Positions 1-13,395 of a stretch of 64,000 nt of DNA are shown here, piece by piece; position 1 is the first letter of the stretch; the number at the start of each line of letters is the position of its first letter. The position numbers and the translations under genes were made by a program. This DNA comes from Eledone cirrhosa. Its lineage: Eukaryota. Under the pieces are notes generated by a model. The model saw only the letters and a program-made list of their open reading frames with translations, ran no database searches and had not been told where the DNA came from. The stretch is from NCBI GenBank assembly GCA_964016885.1, contig OZ024742.1, positions 299,646,001 through 299,710,000 of the forward strand. The letters are read 5' to 3'.

Positions 1-859
1 TGCAAATATCCATCGAGGGGTTCATTGCTTGATTGCTCGATCTACTAGAAATAGCAATCAAATATATCTCAAATAATATCCTAGCTTCTTGAGATGGCTG
101 ATAGATAATGTAGTCACAGATATACAAAACGTCAGGAATTAGAACTTTGGCTTGGTCTAGAGTTATCGTCGAATTGGCAGAGTCGAATTCGGTGTCGGAT
201 TAAAGATTTGTTAGAGCTCTCTGCAGCCTGAGTTCAAATCCCACTGACATTAACATGGGTTTTTGGCCCCGGCTACCTTACTTCCGTGGAAAATATAGCT
301 TATCTACGTCTCTATTGGTATTAAAATTTCCAGTAACACGTTCTTGCATCCATCGTTCAACTCTCGCTATGATCAGTTCAGCAGGCCAAACGGTGGCGTT
401 AAGATGAACACAGAAAATTTGTTATGGATAATGTACTTGTTGTAAGCTGGGTGATGTGATAATAATTCTATTTACTCTCTTAATGTATTCGTTCCTGATC
501 CTCTCCTTATTTATAGGTCCATCGTATCAGACATTCTCATCGTAAAGAAGATATTTATAAGTGTCACATGAAGTAGTAGGTAGATACCTCAGCGTTCTCA
601 TTATGATCATAAACCAGACAATTTAGGTCTGGCTCAGCTAGGGAAAACAGCACCAACAACATCAACAACAACACTATAAACATTGATAACATTACTTTAA
701 CTATAGACAAGCTGTACAGAAAAATAATAAACAAATTCAAGCGACGGAATCATTACTAAAACAATATAGAGTAACATAATGTAGTGAATAGCTTCAATAG
801 ATATGTGGCATTGTTCCAACATAACACAACTTCGATAGATAAAACCAATTAGAAGACAA

Positions 860-951
860 CTATTGATATAGATGTATATCTATGTATATACACACACACG
901 CACATTCACACTCATAAATATTATATATATATATATATATGTATATGTGTG

Positions 952-1050
<99 letters not shown>

Positions 1051-1098
1051 ATATATATATATGATATATATACATATATATATATATAAATATAAATA

Positions 1099-1129
<31 letters not shown>

Positions 1130-1159
1130 GATATATATACATATATATAAATATAAATA

Positions 1160-1227
<68 letters not shown>

Positions 1228-1239
1228 TAAATATAAATA

Positions 1240-1298
<59 letters not shown>

Positions 1299-1703
1299 GC
1301 ACGCACGCGTACAATGGTGTATAAATATACGTGCAAATCAGCATGTATGTTTAAGACTTCAAATAAGACATAAAAATCAATAATGCAATTAGAATAAGAA
1401 TTGAACTTTTTCTTCATTTATTCCGATCTTGTATATGAATAAATATCTAGTTTGTATTACTAATTGCTGTTATAAACACAGTAGTGTCTATTAGTATATA
1501 TATACATTGGCATAAGTTTATACGGTTGTGTGAGGTTTGTGTATATACACACACACACATACATACACACACGGGGACGGACACACATATATATATATAT
1601 ATATGTATATTTATATATATATATATATATATATGTATATTTATATATATATGTATGTATATTTATATATATATATGTATGTATACTTATATATATATAT
1701 ATC

Positions 1704-1764
<61 letters not shown>

Positions 1765-1963
1765 GTATGTATACTTATATATATATAAGTATGTATACTT
1801 ATGTATACTTATATATATATAAGTATGTATACTTATATGTACTTATATATATATATATATGTATGTATACTTATATATATATATGTATGTATACTTATAT
1901 GTACTTATATATATATATATGTATGTATACTTATATATATATATGTATGTATACTTATATGTA

Positions 1964-2006
<43 letters not shown>

Positions 2007-2394
2007 ACTTATATATATATATATGTTTGTATACTTATATATATATGTATGTTTGTATACATATATATGTATGCATATATACTTATATATATATGTTTGT
2101 ATACTTATATATATATGTATGTTTGTATACTTATATATATATGTATGTTTGTATACATATATATGTATGCATATATACTTATATATATATGTATATATAC
2201 TTATATATATATATGTATATATACTTATCTATATATATGTATGTATAAATACATATAGATGTATATATATATGTATAAATACATATAGATGTATATGTAT
2301 ATATATGTATAAATACATATAGATGTATATATATATGTATGTATAAATATATACATATAACTTATATATATATATGTATGTATACTTATATGTA

Positions 2395-2435
<41 letters not shown>

Positions 2436-2772
2436 ACTTATATATATATATATGTTTGTATACTTATATATATATGTATGTTTGTATACATATATATGTA
2501 TGCATATATACTTATATATATATGTTTGTATACTTATATATATATGTATGTTTGTATACTTATATATGTATGTTTGTATACATATATATGTATGCATATA
2601 TACTTATATATATATGTATATATACTTATATGTATATATACTTATCTATATATATGTATGTATAAATACATATAGATGTATATATATATGTATAAATACA
2701 TATAGATGTATATGTATATATATGTATAAATACATATACTTATATATATATATGTATGTATACTTATATGTA

Positions 2773-2813
<41 letters not shown>

Positions 2814-3280
2814 ACTTATATATATATATATGTTTGTATACTTATATATATATGTATGTTTGTATACATATATATGTATGCATATATACTTATATATATA
2901 TGTTTGTATACTTATATATATATGTATGTTTGTATACTTATATATATATGTATGTTTGTATACATATATATGTATGCATATATACTTATATATATATGTA
3001 TATATACTTATATATATATATGTATATATACTTATCTATATATATGTATGTATAAATACATATAGATGTATATATATATGTATAAATACATATAGATGTA
3101 TATGTATATATATGTATAAATACATATAGATGTATATATATATGTATGTATAAATATATACATCTATATGTATATATATATGTATACATATATATGTATG
3201 TATATATATATGTATATATATATATATATGTATATATGTTTGTATATATATGTATATGTGTGTGTGCGCGCACGCATGAG
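860..3280. repeat. Compound (TA)n/(TATG)n microsatellite with higher-order repeats
   Basis: Nearly pure TA runs with recurring 'tatgtatgtatacttata' and 'tataaatacatatagatgta' blocks; a short unique spacer at about 1300-1530. Confidence 0.95.
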
Positions 3281-3899
3281 TATGAGGTTGTATGTAACTT
3301 TATATATATTAGCATGGTACCTCTCAAGAATATGTTTAAAAATATACAATTTAATAATTATCCTATTAAATATGTTTGATCTTTTTTATTATTTTTGACC
3401 TCTCCTTCTTGTCTCTCCCGTCATAGTCGTATTTAATATTATATTCATTTAAAGTTGTTAGAATAATTTTCTTCCGAATATACTTTCATCAACATCAAAA
3501 ATATAGCCGCTAAATTGCGATGAATTCATTTTACCACTACGTTGACCCTTCTGTGTTATTGGATGTATGTTTCGTTTATATTCTTATTATTATTCTTGTT
3601 CGAAAATAGATGCGTAGGTAAATATACATAGATAGCTACAGATAGTTACACAACCCGACCAGTATAGAAAGATACACAGCCAGAGGTAGGCAGACATAGT
3701 TACATATATATATATATAATATATATAGTTTTATATATATATGCTTAGGAGACGAGGCAAGGGAAAAGACATAACTTCGACCATTTCCCTACTCACTCGA
3801 TGGTCAACTAATTTAAATTATTAAAATTCGAACTCAGCTAGTCAAAGTGTACACTTTCGTTAATCAGCGAGGAAGACGTCTTCGTGAGGGTAAAATGAA

Positions 3900-3942
<43 letters not shown>

Positions 3943-3946
<4 letters not shown>

Positions 3947-4129
3947 TTTATCCCGGGTTCAATCGGGGGTAACCACAGTAAGATATTCAATACATAGCAT
4001 AGTATAAATATTTAATATAGAAATGGGTTCTACAGGAATAGAACTGTTTCATTCGGGAGAAATCATCGGGGCTTCCTGGTGATTTCTCCCGAATGAAAGA
4101 GTTCTAGTCCTGAAGAAGCCATTTCTATA

Positions 4130-4133
<4 letters not shown>
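3943..4133. mobile_element. Short non-coding HHR-bearing element (family A), fold-back copy
   Basis: Homologous to 17871-18008 and 58527-58661. Positions 4012-4133 form a hairpin whose two arms each carry a degenerate CTGATGA..GAAAC..GTA core. Flanked by (TA)n. Confidence 0.75.
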
Positions 4134-4176
<43 letters not shown>

Positions 4177-4359
4177 AGAGAGACAGAGAGAGAGAGAGAG
4201 AGGGGGTGAGAGAGAGAGAGATAGAAAGAGAGAGAGAGATATACCTTGTCAACACTGTGTGTGAGAGATATGAACGAAGATATCAAAATGCCACTTCCCA
4301 GAAAGATCTAGTGCTGAGTGGTTGTTGCGTGATCGAGTGTGTAATTATGATGATATATA

Positions 4360-4893
4360 TGGAACCCCTATCTTGCTCAGAACATTGACCGCCTGGAAAC
4401 TGTTCAGAGACGTGCAAACAAGCGAATACCCTCCATCAGGCATCTACCATACTCTGAGCGCCTTGCTTCTCTGGGCATGGATACATTGAAGCTCCGACGT
4501 CTAACAACTGACTTGGTAAACACCCACAAAATTGTTAACCATCTTGCCAACAACAACCCTGACTACTTTTTTGATTTCCATGTGTCTAACACACGTGGAC
4601 ATGCCCACAAATTCAGAAAACAGCACAGTTCCCATGACTTTCGGAAACATTTTTTTACGCTCAGAGTTGCTGAAGTATGGAACAAACTACCTGCATTAGT
4701 TGTTAGCTGTCGAGACACTGCATCCTTTAAGGCCTCCATGCTTCGCGAGATACGCCAACACTACAACACACATGTATACCATGACACTATTCACTTCCCT
4801 GACATTTGTGTATTATTCTATGTACTATACATACACCTTTGACGAGTTGTAGTGCACCTGAGCACTTTACACAATAATTTCATTATTATTATT
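4360..4893 (+). mobile_element. 3' end of CR1/L2-type LINE (post-RT C-terminus, 3'UTR, (ATT)n tail)
   Basis: Reads WNPYLAQNIDRLETVQRRANKRIP...YSERLASLGMDTLKLRR...TRGHAHK...RKHFFTLRVAEVWNKLP, a typical CR1-group ORF2 C-terminus; ends in cattattattatt. Confidence 0.85.
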
Positions 4894-5130
4894 ATATCCT
4901 GTGCTAATATAATGATTGAGAGCGATTAATTCGCAGTTGACTCCATGATACGGCGTTTATCTAGAAATATAGGTATAAATGTTTTTATTACGTTTAAGAA
5001 AAGAATGAATGTCACAAAATCATTCGACGAAACATCAACGAGGTCGCTCGACATGCTGAAAATGGTAGCAGCTTGTTACTCAAATAGCTTAAAATTTCCA
5101 GCTTAAAATAAATGCATTATAATCTAGTTC

Positions 5131-5524
5131 TAATAATTGTTTCTACTTTTGGCACAAGGCCAGCAATAACCCAGTACATTACTGGTACTTTATTTTATCG
5201 ACCCCGTAAGGATGAAAGGCAAAGTTAACCTCAGTGGGATTTGAACTCAGATCGTAAAGGGACGTAACTCTTTGCGTCAAAGCATGGCGTCCGACCCTCT
5301 ACTGGTTAATAATGATTTCTAGTATAGGCACAAGGCCAGTAATTTGAGGGTAAAGTCGATTAAATCGACTCCAGTGCATTACTGGTGCTTTATTTTATCG
5401 ACCCCGTAAGGATGAAAGGCAAAGCTACCGTCGGTGTGAATTGAACTCAGAACGTAAAGAGCCGTAACTATATGCCACGAAGCAGGGTGTCCGACGCTCT
5501 ATCGATACTGCCAATCCGCCGCCG
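5131..5524 (-). mobile_element. Two adjacent tRNA-derived SINE copies (family 1)
   Basis: Reverse complement of ggcggtggattggcagtatcggtagag...ctgagttcaaatcccgccgaggttaactttgcctttcatccttacggggtcgataaaataaagtaccag...gccttgtgccaaaagtagaaacaattat (A- and B-box-like motifs); about 20 copies in the window. Confidence 0.9.
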
Positions 5525-5819
5525 TTATGTTATTCTAATAATGATGTATCCTCCCCATGATGCGTGTTTAATTGTTTGACCAATTGGATGCCCAACTTGT
5601 TAATTGATGTGTAAGTGGTTGAGTATCCCACAGACATATGTAACCTTAATCATAATAGCCGAGCCGAATCAGCATGACACAATATATAGAAAGGACGTTT
5701 GAATTATAACTACAGTTTATCTAACAGGCTTTTACAATTGTTCTGCCTTCACAATGTAAGGATTGATCCATCATGTCAGGGAGCGGGATTAAACTTAGTG
5801 CGTAACATATGTATGTATG

Positions 5820-6125
5820 GTCCCGTTACTCTTGATAGAGCCGGATTGACATACGACATTTCTTGGGCACTTTAAGCCTGGCGGAGTCCGTCCCTAAGTA
5901 TAGCAGATTTTTTCCAGAGAAAGATAGAAAGTGAGAGAGAGGAAATGAGAAAGGGGTATAGAGGGAGAATCGACCCAGTACTAGACTGGTACTTTTTTAT
6001 TGACTTCGAAAGGACGAAAGGCAAAGTTGACCTCGGCAGGATTTGAACTCAGAGAGCAGGGAACCGGAGAGAACACCATAAAGCATTCTATCCGTCGTTC
6101 TAACAACTCTGCCAATTTGCCACCT
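5820..6125 (-). mobile_element. SINE family-1 variant with a distinct extended 3' tail
   Basis: SINE head and core followed by a ~150-bp tail (gtcccgttactcttgatagag...ttaagcctggcggagtcc) that is shared with 57428-57740. Confidence 0.75.
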
Positions 6126-6400
6126 GCGTAACCTATACTATGACTCAAAATAGGACAACACCATAGCGGCTGAAACAATTGGATCATGGGATTGACCAGT
6201 CTCGGGTTCTAAAGAAAAGCAACAGCAAAAACGCCAACAGCGACGATTGCAAGATCAACATGTATAGCAAATAAAGTTAAATGCTCTACATACTACGTGT
6301 GGAATAGCGTAACTATTCTTAACAGCAAGATTGCAAACATATATAAGAAATATACAAAATTCTGAATACAAGAGTGTATATACATACATAGATATATGTG

Positions 6401-6459
<59 letters not shown>

Positions 6460-6761
6460 GGTAAACAGAAATAACAACACAATCGGTACATATGAAAAGA
6501 GAATTATAGAAATATCCAATTTATTTTCTATAACAACATCTATATATTCAACTTGTGGTATGTGAATTGCAATATATGTTTGTGATCAGAACAATGATGA
6601 ATTGGAAATATAGAAAACGACACGAACCAAATCAAGCGAAATGTTTTACTATGAATACTGGACATTTTAAATGTCTGCCTCAAAAAGTATATAGTGTGAG
6701 GTGAGGTAATAGTGAAGACCGATTTCTTTGTAGTGGAGGGTGTATCACGCACGCACGCATT

Positions 6762-6854
6762 ATGGCGACAGTTCAGGACATGGCGGCGATAATGAGGGAC
6801 AGAGACCGCTGGAGAGAACTCGTCCATAGATCTCGGGTATTTTACCCGCCCTAG
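6762..6854 (+). mobile_element. Probable extreme 3' stub of an RTE-type LINE
   Basis: Frame reads MATVQDMAAIMRDRDRWRELVHRSRVFYPP*, like the RTE C-terminal DR..WR motif, followed directly by (TA)n. Confidence 0.5.
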
Positions 6855-7221
6855 ATATATATATGATATATATACATATATATATATGATATATATACAT
6901 ATATATGATATATATACATATATATGATATATATACATATATATGATATATATACATATATATGATATATATACATATATATGATATATATACATATATA
7001 TATATAATATATATATATACACATATATATAAAATATATATATATATATATGATATACATATACATATATTTATGATATATATATACATATATATATAAT
7101 ATATATATATATACATATATATATATACATATATATATATATACATATATATATCATATATATATCATATATATATCATATATATATATTATATATACAT
7201 ATGTATATATATGTATATATG

Positions 7222-7298
<77 letters not shown>

Positions 7299-7299
<1 letters not shown>

Positions 7300-7530
7300 C
7301 AGTGGCGGGCGGACTAGGTCTAAAAATACTGGTTGCCAGGAGATGAAGGGGGCCCACCTACATATAGAATGCTATCAATTAATTTATATAATGAATAAAT
7401 AACATTTTCGAAAATTACATAATTGGAAACAAAACAGTGCAATCAATTTTTTGCGGAAAAATATCTTACCTTCTCCAATAAAAAATATTATGTATTTTGC
7501 AAAATCCAGAGACTTTCAATAATTTACCAG
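7299..7530 (+). mobile_element. hAT-like DNA transposon end (copy 1)
   Basis: Begins TA-CAGTGGCGG(GCGG)ACT; near-identical direct copy at 8316-8537. Confidence 0.55.
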
Positions 7531-7987
7531 AAGACAACCCTAAATATTACTAATAGATCTAGAAAAGCCATGAACGACACCACATCTTTTTAACTTTGAT
7601 TTTGAAAGTAGGTTTATAATTATCAATTTTCATTATACTTTCGTAGCTGTCTCGGTGGCCTAGTTGGAGGAATCATAGACGTTGGTGATCCTTGTCTGAA
7701 ATTCAATCCTGGTCGGGAGTAGGGTTACCGGTAAACCTTTTGAGTTTCTTTTTCTATTGGTTGTAAAATAAAAACTGAAAAAGGTTACATGTACCTCTTG
7801 ACCAGGATTGAACCCAAGGCCAGGATCTCCACTGTCTCTAGTACCTACTGCTAGGCCACAGAGACAACTACGAAGACCTTATGAAAATGAATAATTATAA
7901 ACCTACTTTCAAAATTTTCAAAACAAAGTGTTGTGGTTTCGTTCATGTCTTTCTTAATGTTATTGCTCCTACTTAAGGTCGTCTTCC
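7530..7987. repeat. Imperfect ~210-bp-arm inverted repeat with tRNA-like A/B boxes in each arm
   Basis: ttttgaaagtaggtttataatt..tcgtagctgtctcggtggcctag..ttcaatcctggtc versus gaccaggattgaa..ctaggccacagagacaactacga..aattataaacctactttcaaaa. Confidence 0.8.
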
Positions 7988-8071
7988 ATTTGGGTGTTCC
8001 ATCCTCATTTCGTTTCACATCTATCAAGAGTATATTTTAACCCGTAATCCATGTTTCATTTCTGTTACACC

Positions 8072-8162
<91 letters not shown>

Positions 8163-8267
8163 ATTCTCTCTTTCTCTCTGTGATATTTGAATCTATGATT
8201 TGGGCTTACTTTATTTCTATATATATGTTATTGTATGTCAGTTAGATTCAAACTTACAATGATTGGC

Positions 8268-8315
<48 letters not shown>

Positions 8316-8318
<3 letters not shown>

Positions 8319-8537
8319 TGGCGGACTCGGTCTAAAAATATTGGTTGCTAGATTAAGGGGGCCCAGCTACATATAGAATGCTGTTATTTAATTTTTATAA
8401 TGATTAAATAACATTTTCAAAAAATACATAAGTGATAACAAAACAGTGCAATCAAATATTTGCGGAAAAATATCTTACCCTCTCCAATAAAAAATACTAT
8501 GTATTTTGCGAAATCCAGAGACTTTTAATAATTACCC
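8316..8537 (+). mobile_element. hAT-like DNA transposon end (copy 2)
   Basis: cagtggcggactcggtctaaaaata...; direct repeat of 7299-7530. Confidence 0.55.
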
Positions 8538-8601
8538 TTGGTCTTTCATACTCACTCAATATATATATATGTGTGTGTGTATCTATCTATCTATCTATCT
8601 A

Positions 8602-8640
<39 letters not shown>

Positions 8641-8790
8641 AGGGAGTGTAACTTGGAGTTACTGTAGGTTCACCTGGGTGAGCACTCGATGTTTAGGTTC
8701 ACTTCAGTGTCGAGATGTAGAGCTAGAGAGAGTGTATTATAGTGAAATAAAACAACAAGGACGATTGGTTACTCCTTTATTACGTTTATT

Positions 8791-8886
8791 GATTGGCGAC
8801 GCGCGTTTCGCCACTGATCAGCTCAAGGTTAGATCTGTATCGATCTAACCCGACTCTGTAATCCGCCGCGGCTCGTCAGATCATTG
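8791..8886 (-). ncRNA. Type I hammerhead ribozyme with extended stem II
   Basis: Minus strand: CTGACGA-gccgc..(internal hairpin ggttagatc/gatctaacc)..gtggc-GAAAC-GCGC-GTC. Stem III is the palindrome ACGCGCGT; stem I is partly degenerate. Confidence 0.7.
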
Positions 8887-9101
8887 TAATGGTAATGGAA
8901 AAATGAATATATATATATTGTTATACTTGGGGAGGGTCATATTGTTGTAATAATATTGCCAGAAATAATAACAGAACACACTCACTGTTTGGTTGGTTTT
9001 CGCTTCTGTGTCTTTTATATCTCCACAGTTAATTCATTTGGTCCTCAATGTTTAACATTGACTGACCAACGGTCAAAAATACAGATATAAACACATATAT
9101 A

Positions 9102-9153
9102 TAGTCTAACAAACTTCTTTCGTTGCACATCTGCAACATCATCAGTGGTACTA
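9102..9153 (-). ncRNA. Degenerate hammerhead-like motif
   Basis: Minus strand: tagtacca-CTGATGA-t-gttgca-gatg-tgcaac-GAAA-gaagtt-tgttagacta. Stem II is perfect; stems I and III are eroded. Confidence 0.45.
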
Positions 9154-9655
9154 TTATCTTCCTCCTATTGTATTGTATGTCTACGCTATATATACACATC
9201 ACCTTCACCACTAATTGATTTGACAGATGTCTTTAACCAAAATACTGTTTGGTCACTAGTTCGTGTGTAAGTATATATATATATATATACTTGTGTGTCT
9301 GTGTCTATGTCTATGTTTGCATGCATGAATGAAATACACTAAACTTTACATTTAGTAGAATGTACAACCACTGATTCCAGCTATTTGCACTTTCGTATAT
9401 TTTGGTTTCTAGTAATTCCCTGGGGAATTGGTTGAGCAAATACTTTGCTTAATTATTTTATTTTATTATTTTTTTAAAATTCTTTCTCTTAGATTTCAGG
9501 TATTTTTTTTAAAGCAAAGCATTGGCCCCTGCAATGCTACTGTGGGCTCTTGTAATTCTACCGTCAAGTCTGACTTACCAATCTTAAACTTTTTACACAT
9601 GTCATTCCTACTCGTTCTATTATAGTAAATATGATCCCTCATAATAAAGTATTAT

Positions 9656-10149
9656 GTGGATTGGCAGTATCGGTAGAGGGTCGGACGCGATGCTTTGACG
9701 CATAGTTACGGCCCTTGCCATTCTGATTTCAAATCCCGCCGAGGTTAACTTTGCCTTTCATCCTTACGGGGTCGATAAAATAAAGTACCAGTAATACACT
9801 GGGTGATTGCTGGCCTTGTGCCAAAAGTAGAAACAATTATAACCTAGGAATGGATAGTTATTGTTCGAATAACTGGAAGACTCGGCGTCGAATCAGACGA
9901 AGAGTCAACACACACTGTGTTAAATTTAGTTACCCTTTGCATTATTATTGTCTCAGGCGGGTGGATTGATAGTATCGGTAGAGCGTCAGGCATCATGCTT
10001 TGTGGCATTGAGTTATGGCCCTTTCTGTTCTGAGTTCATGTCCCGCCGAGGTTAACTTTGTCTTTCATCCTTTCAGGGTCGATAAAATAAAGTACGAGTA
10101 ATGCACTGGGGCAATTGCTGGCCTTGTGCCAAAAGTATAAAACAATTAC
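9656..10149 (+). mobile_element. Two family-1 SINE copies (9656-9840, 9956-10149)
   Basis: Match the family-1 SINE sequence. Confidence 0.9.
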
Positions 10150-10412
10150 TAATATATCTCACTATATGTTAGTTAGTGCAATCATCGGTAGTTTTCCACA
10201 AACGTTTTCAACTGCTGCCTTATATATTTACATTAGTTTAGTTCATCCAATAAAACGTGGCTTGAAATCCGAGAGAATTAATTTAAAATTCGAACAGTTA
10301 ATAACGTGGTGGTACCACGCATCAGCTGATAACTGTTACACAAATCTAAACCCAGCCAATGCCTCTGTCTTTGTCTTTAACACGTATAGGGTTTATTGTG
10401 AACGCAGTATGA

Positions 10413-10705
10413 CCAAATGGATAAGCGGATCACTTCGCAATCCTTAGGTCCCAGTTTAGTTTGCCCTGCATGATATCTTGGGAAAGTATCATTTAACATT
10501 GCCTTGGGTCAATTTATGCCTTCTTAGTGAAGCTGGGAATTTGGAAACTGCTTTGAAGGCCGTTGGATTTGATTCAAAAGACCGGCCTTGTCATACACTG
10601 TATCAAGCTGAAACTCCTTCAGCCTCTTACGCGTTAATTTTATGAGCAGGGAGTTCCGTTAATTGAACAACTTGAACACTCATCGTCGTAACCGACTGCA
10701 TTCCA
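10413..10705 (+). mobile_element. Degenerate tRNA-derived SINE, family 2
   Basis: Shares ccttgtcacactg..gctgaa..cgttaattt..gagcagg..tccgtt..cgtaaccgac with 13088-13395, 21098-21345, 29415-29750 and 49057-49410. Confidence 0.65.
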
Positions 10706-10731
10706 TTGATCAGCTCTGAAAAAGCTTTCTA

Positions 10732-10839
<108 letters not shown>

Positions 10840-11078
10840 TAGTATACCACTAGAAGGTAATATCCGTAGTGGTAGAGCACTCAGTCCATGGGACGAGTTA
10901 GGTAGGAGTGGTTACAACAACATCCTAATTTTCTTATCAGCTAGAAACTTTCGGACTTTCGCAGTTATCTCCCTTACACCTCTCGCACCCAATTTAGTAT
11001 TGCCTGTGGGAAGTGATCGTTTCTGCGCATGCGTGTTCGTACGGTTGTCCTTCCTGTTCCGTAAAACCATGTCCATTA

Positions 11079-11116
11079 CGAGCTGAGGATCTGCTAAGGT
11101 GAAACAATTGTTCTCG
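11079..11116 (+). ncRNA. Minimal type I hammerhead ribozyme
   Basis: cgag-CTGAGGA-tctgctaaggt-GAAAC-AATT-GT-T-ctcg. Stem I is cgag/ctcg; stem III is the palindrome ACAATTGT. Confidence 0.7.
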
Positions 11117-11343
11117 GTATGGTGAACTAACTGTTGTGTAACCACTTCTATATATATATATATATATGTAAGCAAAGGGACATTTAATTTGTTGGTAATT
11201 CAACAAATATATATATTTATAACAGATTCGAAGCACTCAACAGTTTTCTTGAGTATAATATCAATGGTAATGACTATCCAGGTAAAACTTGAACCGTTAA
11301 GGTCCCATTCCTGGATATGTCAATATTTATAAAACAAACTTTG

Positions 11344-11404
11344 TATTTTATCTGATGAGAGAGTACCAAAGTGTTGGTACCCTTGAAATATATATAATAG
11401 AATA
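11344..11404 (+). ncRNA. Type I hammerhead ribozyme
   Basis: tattttat-CTGATGA-gagagtaccaa-agtg-ttggtaccctt-GAAA-TATATA-T-A-atagaata: 8-bp stem I, ~10-bp stem II, palindromic stem III. Confidence 0.75.
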
Positions 11405-11447
11405 AATATTGTTTTATAAATATAGTTTCCATTTATTAATATTATTG

Positions 11448-11478
<31 letters not shown>

Positions 11479-11490
11479 TATATATATATA

Positions 11491-11882
11491 ATTCACAAGA
11501 ATCAAAGCTATGTTCAAAGCATTTATTCACTTACAATTGTTTCATCCAAACCTAGGCTTGGTGTCTTCGGAGCATTTTTCAATGTTTGTACACATAATTG
11601 ACCTCCTGCTGGATGTATTTTAATTTTGTTTTTATTTTGTTTTAATTTGAATTTTGATTTGATTTTGAATTTGAATTGCTATACAGAAATAATATAGTAT
11701 AATATATGTCACTCCACTGTACATCAATATATATATATGTATATGTATGTCTCTTGCGTTGGAAAGGGGGTCAATTATGTGTACAAACATTGAAAAATAC
11801 TCCGAAGACACCAAGCCTAGGTTTGGATGAAACAATTGTAAATGAATAAATGCTTTGAACATAGCTTTGATTCTTGTGAATT
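11491..11882. repeat. Inverted repeat (~115-bp arms) carrying a degenerate HHR
   Basis: Arms at 11491-11604 and 11768-11882; the right arm reads CCGAAGA-caccaagcctaggtttggat-GAAAC-AATT-GTA. Confidence 0.8.
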
Positions 11883-12040
11883 CTATATAACTGCTCTGTA
11901 GAACAACTGATGTTATTACATTGAGCTATTTATCTTACTGGTAATAAAGTAGTAATAAATTACTGACCTTCACTGTTTCGGGTTTAAAATATACATAACT
12001 ATAAAAAGTTTTAGTATATACATAACCATAAATAGTATCC

Positions 12041-12121
<81 letters not shown>

Positions 12122-13087
12122 TTTCATTTATATTTATACTCGGATTTCTTTCCTAGAGTGCTTAAATTATTCGTGACTAATCCCGGTCTTTTTTTTTTTA
12201 AACCGCGATAATATTGCTTTTTGCTGAACTCCTTATTGTAGAGTTTTTTTTCGGAATGTTTTTAACTGTTGTTTCATGTAAACAAACATTCGTCTCATTC
12301 TGACGTCACCAGCCATGTCTCCACATGAGCGTTTTATTTTCATAATTACGCATGATGTTGAACCAGCCTGCTTTTAAATTCCCTTTTTGGCATATTATAA
12401 TCAGTGAGATTTTGATTATCGTGTTGAGCTCTGCTGATGATCGAATCCAACCGTGACCATCCCCACTGAAAGTTTCGTGAAATAGTCTTTTCAAGACTAT
12501 AAAGAGCATTTGTAGTTTTTCCAAATTGAAGGATGAGTATTTTAGACTTTATTTTATCATGAGTTAAGGCTCTATTGATTTTTCCCTGGATTTCACTAAA
12601 TTCTGTTGGATGAATCTATATCCTGATTCTTTTTGAATTGAGTTTGAATTATTTTTCCCACAGCTTACGTTAACTAATTTCCCATTTTGACGCTATAGTC
12701 ACTTATATATATTATGAAATACTGTGTGCTTCTTGCTCATAATAATTTCTATACTTTTCATTTATATTTATATACCAAATTCCACACACAAAACACTGGG
12801 CAACTGGAGGCTATAGAAGATGACTCTTACCTAAATTGCCGTTTTGCGAGAGTGAAACCAGATCCGCGTCGTTGCAAGCTGAAATCCTTAATCACACAGC
12901 CATGTCTCTACTTCTGTATTTAGACTATTAAACTAGAGTTGCCTGAGACGTTAGGATGTCCATTTGTACGAAAATATATGTGACGACATTCAAAATTGGA
13001 AATGAAAAGAGAATTATTATAGAAGTGATGAAATTTAATAGAAGTCTGAATATTGATTCATTCTATTCTGTGTATCCTCATTATAGT

Positions 13088-13395
13088 GAAGATGCGTGGC
13101 TGATGGTTAAAGTGTTCGGCTGACGGTCGTGGGTTCGAACGCCAGCGGTGCGTAGTATGTTTGAGCAAAATATTTTTTTAATATTGCTCCAGTTTAATCA
13201 GATGCCTAAAATTAGTTTTACATGCAGTTCAAAGCGTCAGATTTTTCTTATACTGCTTTATGCTGAATCTGCCTGAAAACTACGTTAAGGGTGTATGTTA
13301 CTATGAAATTCTCAGCCACTTTCATGTTAATTTCCCAAGTAGACGATTTCGTTGTTCAAACAATTGGAGCACTAGACGTCGAAACTAACGCAGAC
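13088..13395 (+). mobile_element. Family-2 SINE
   Basis: gcgtggctgatggttaaagtg..gtgggttcgaac (A/B boxes) followed by the shared family-2 body. Confidence 0.7.

Noticed and set aside
6539-6854. Helitron reading (cgggta/tacccg hairpin followed by CTAG)
   Set aside because: The same bases read as an RTE C-terminus ending in TAG, which explains more of the sequence. A Helitron end is not excluded.
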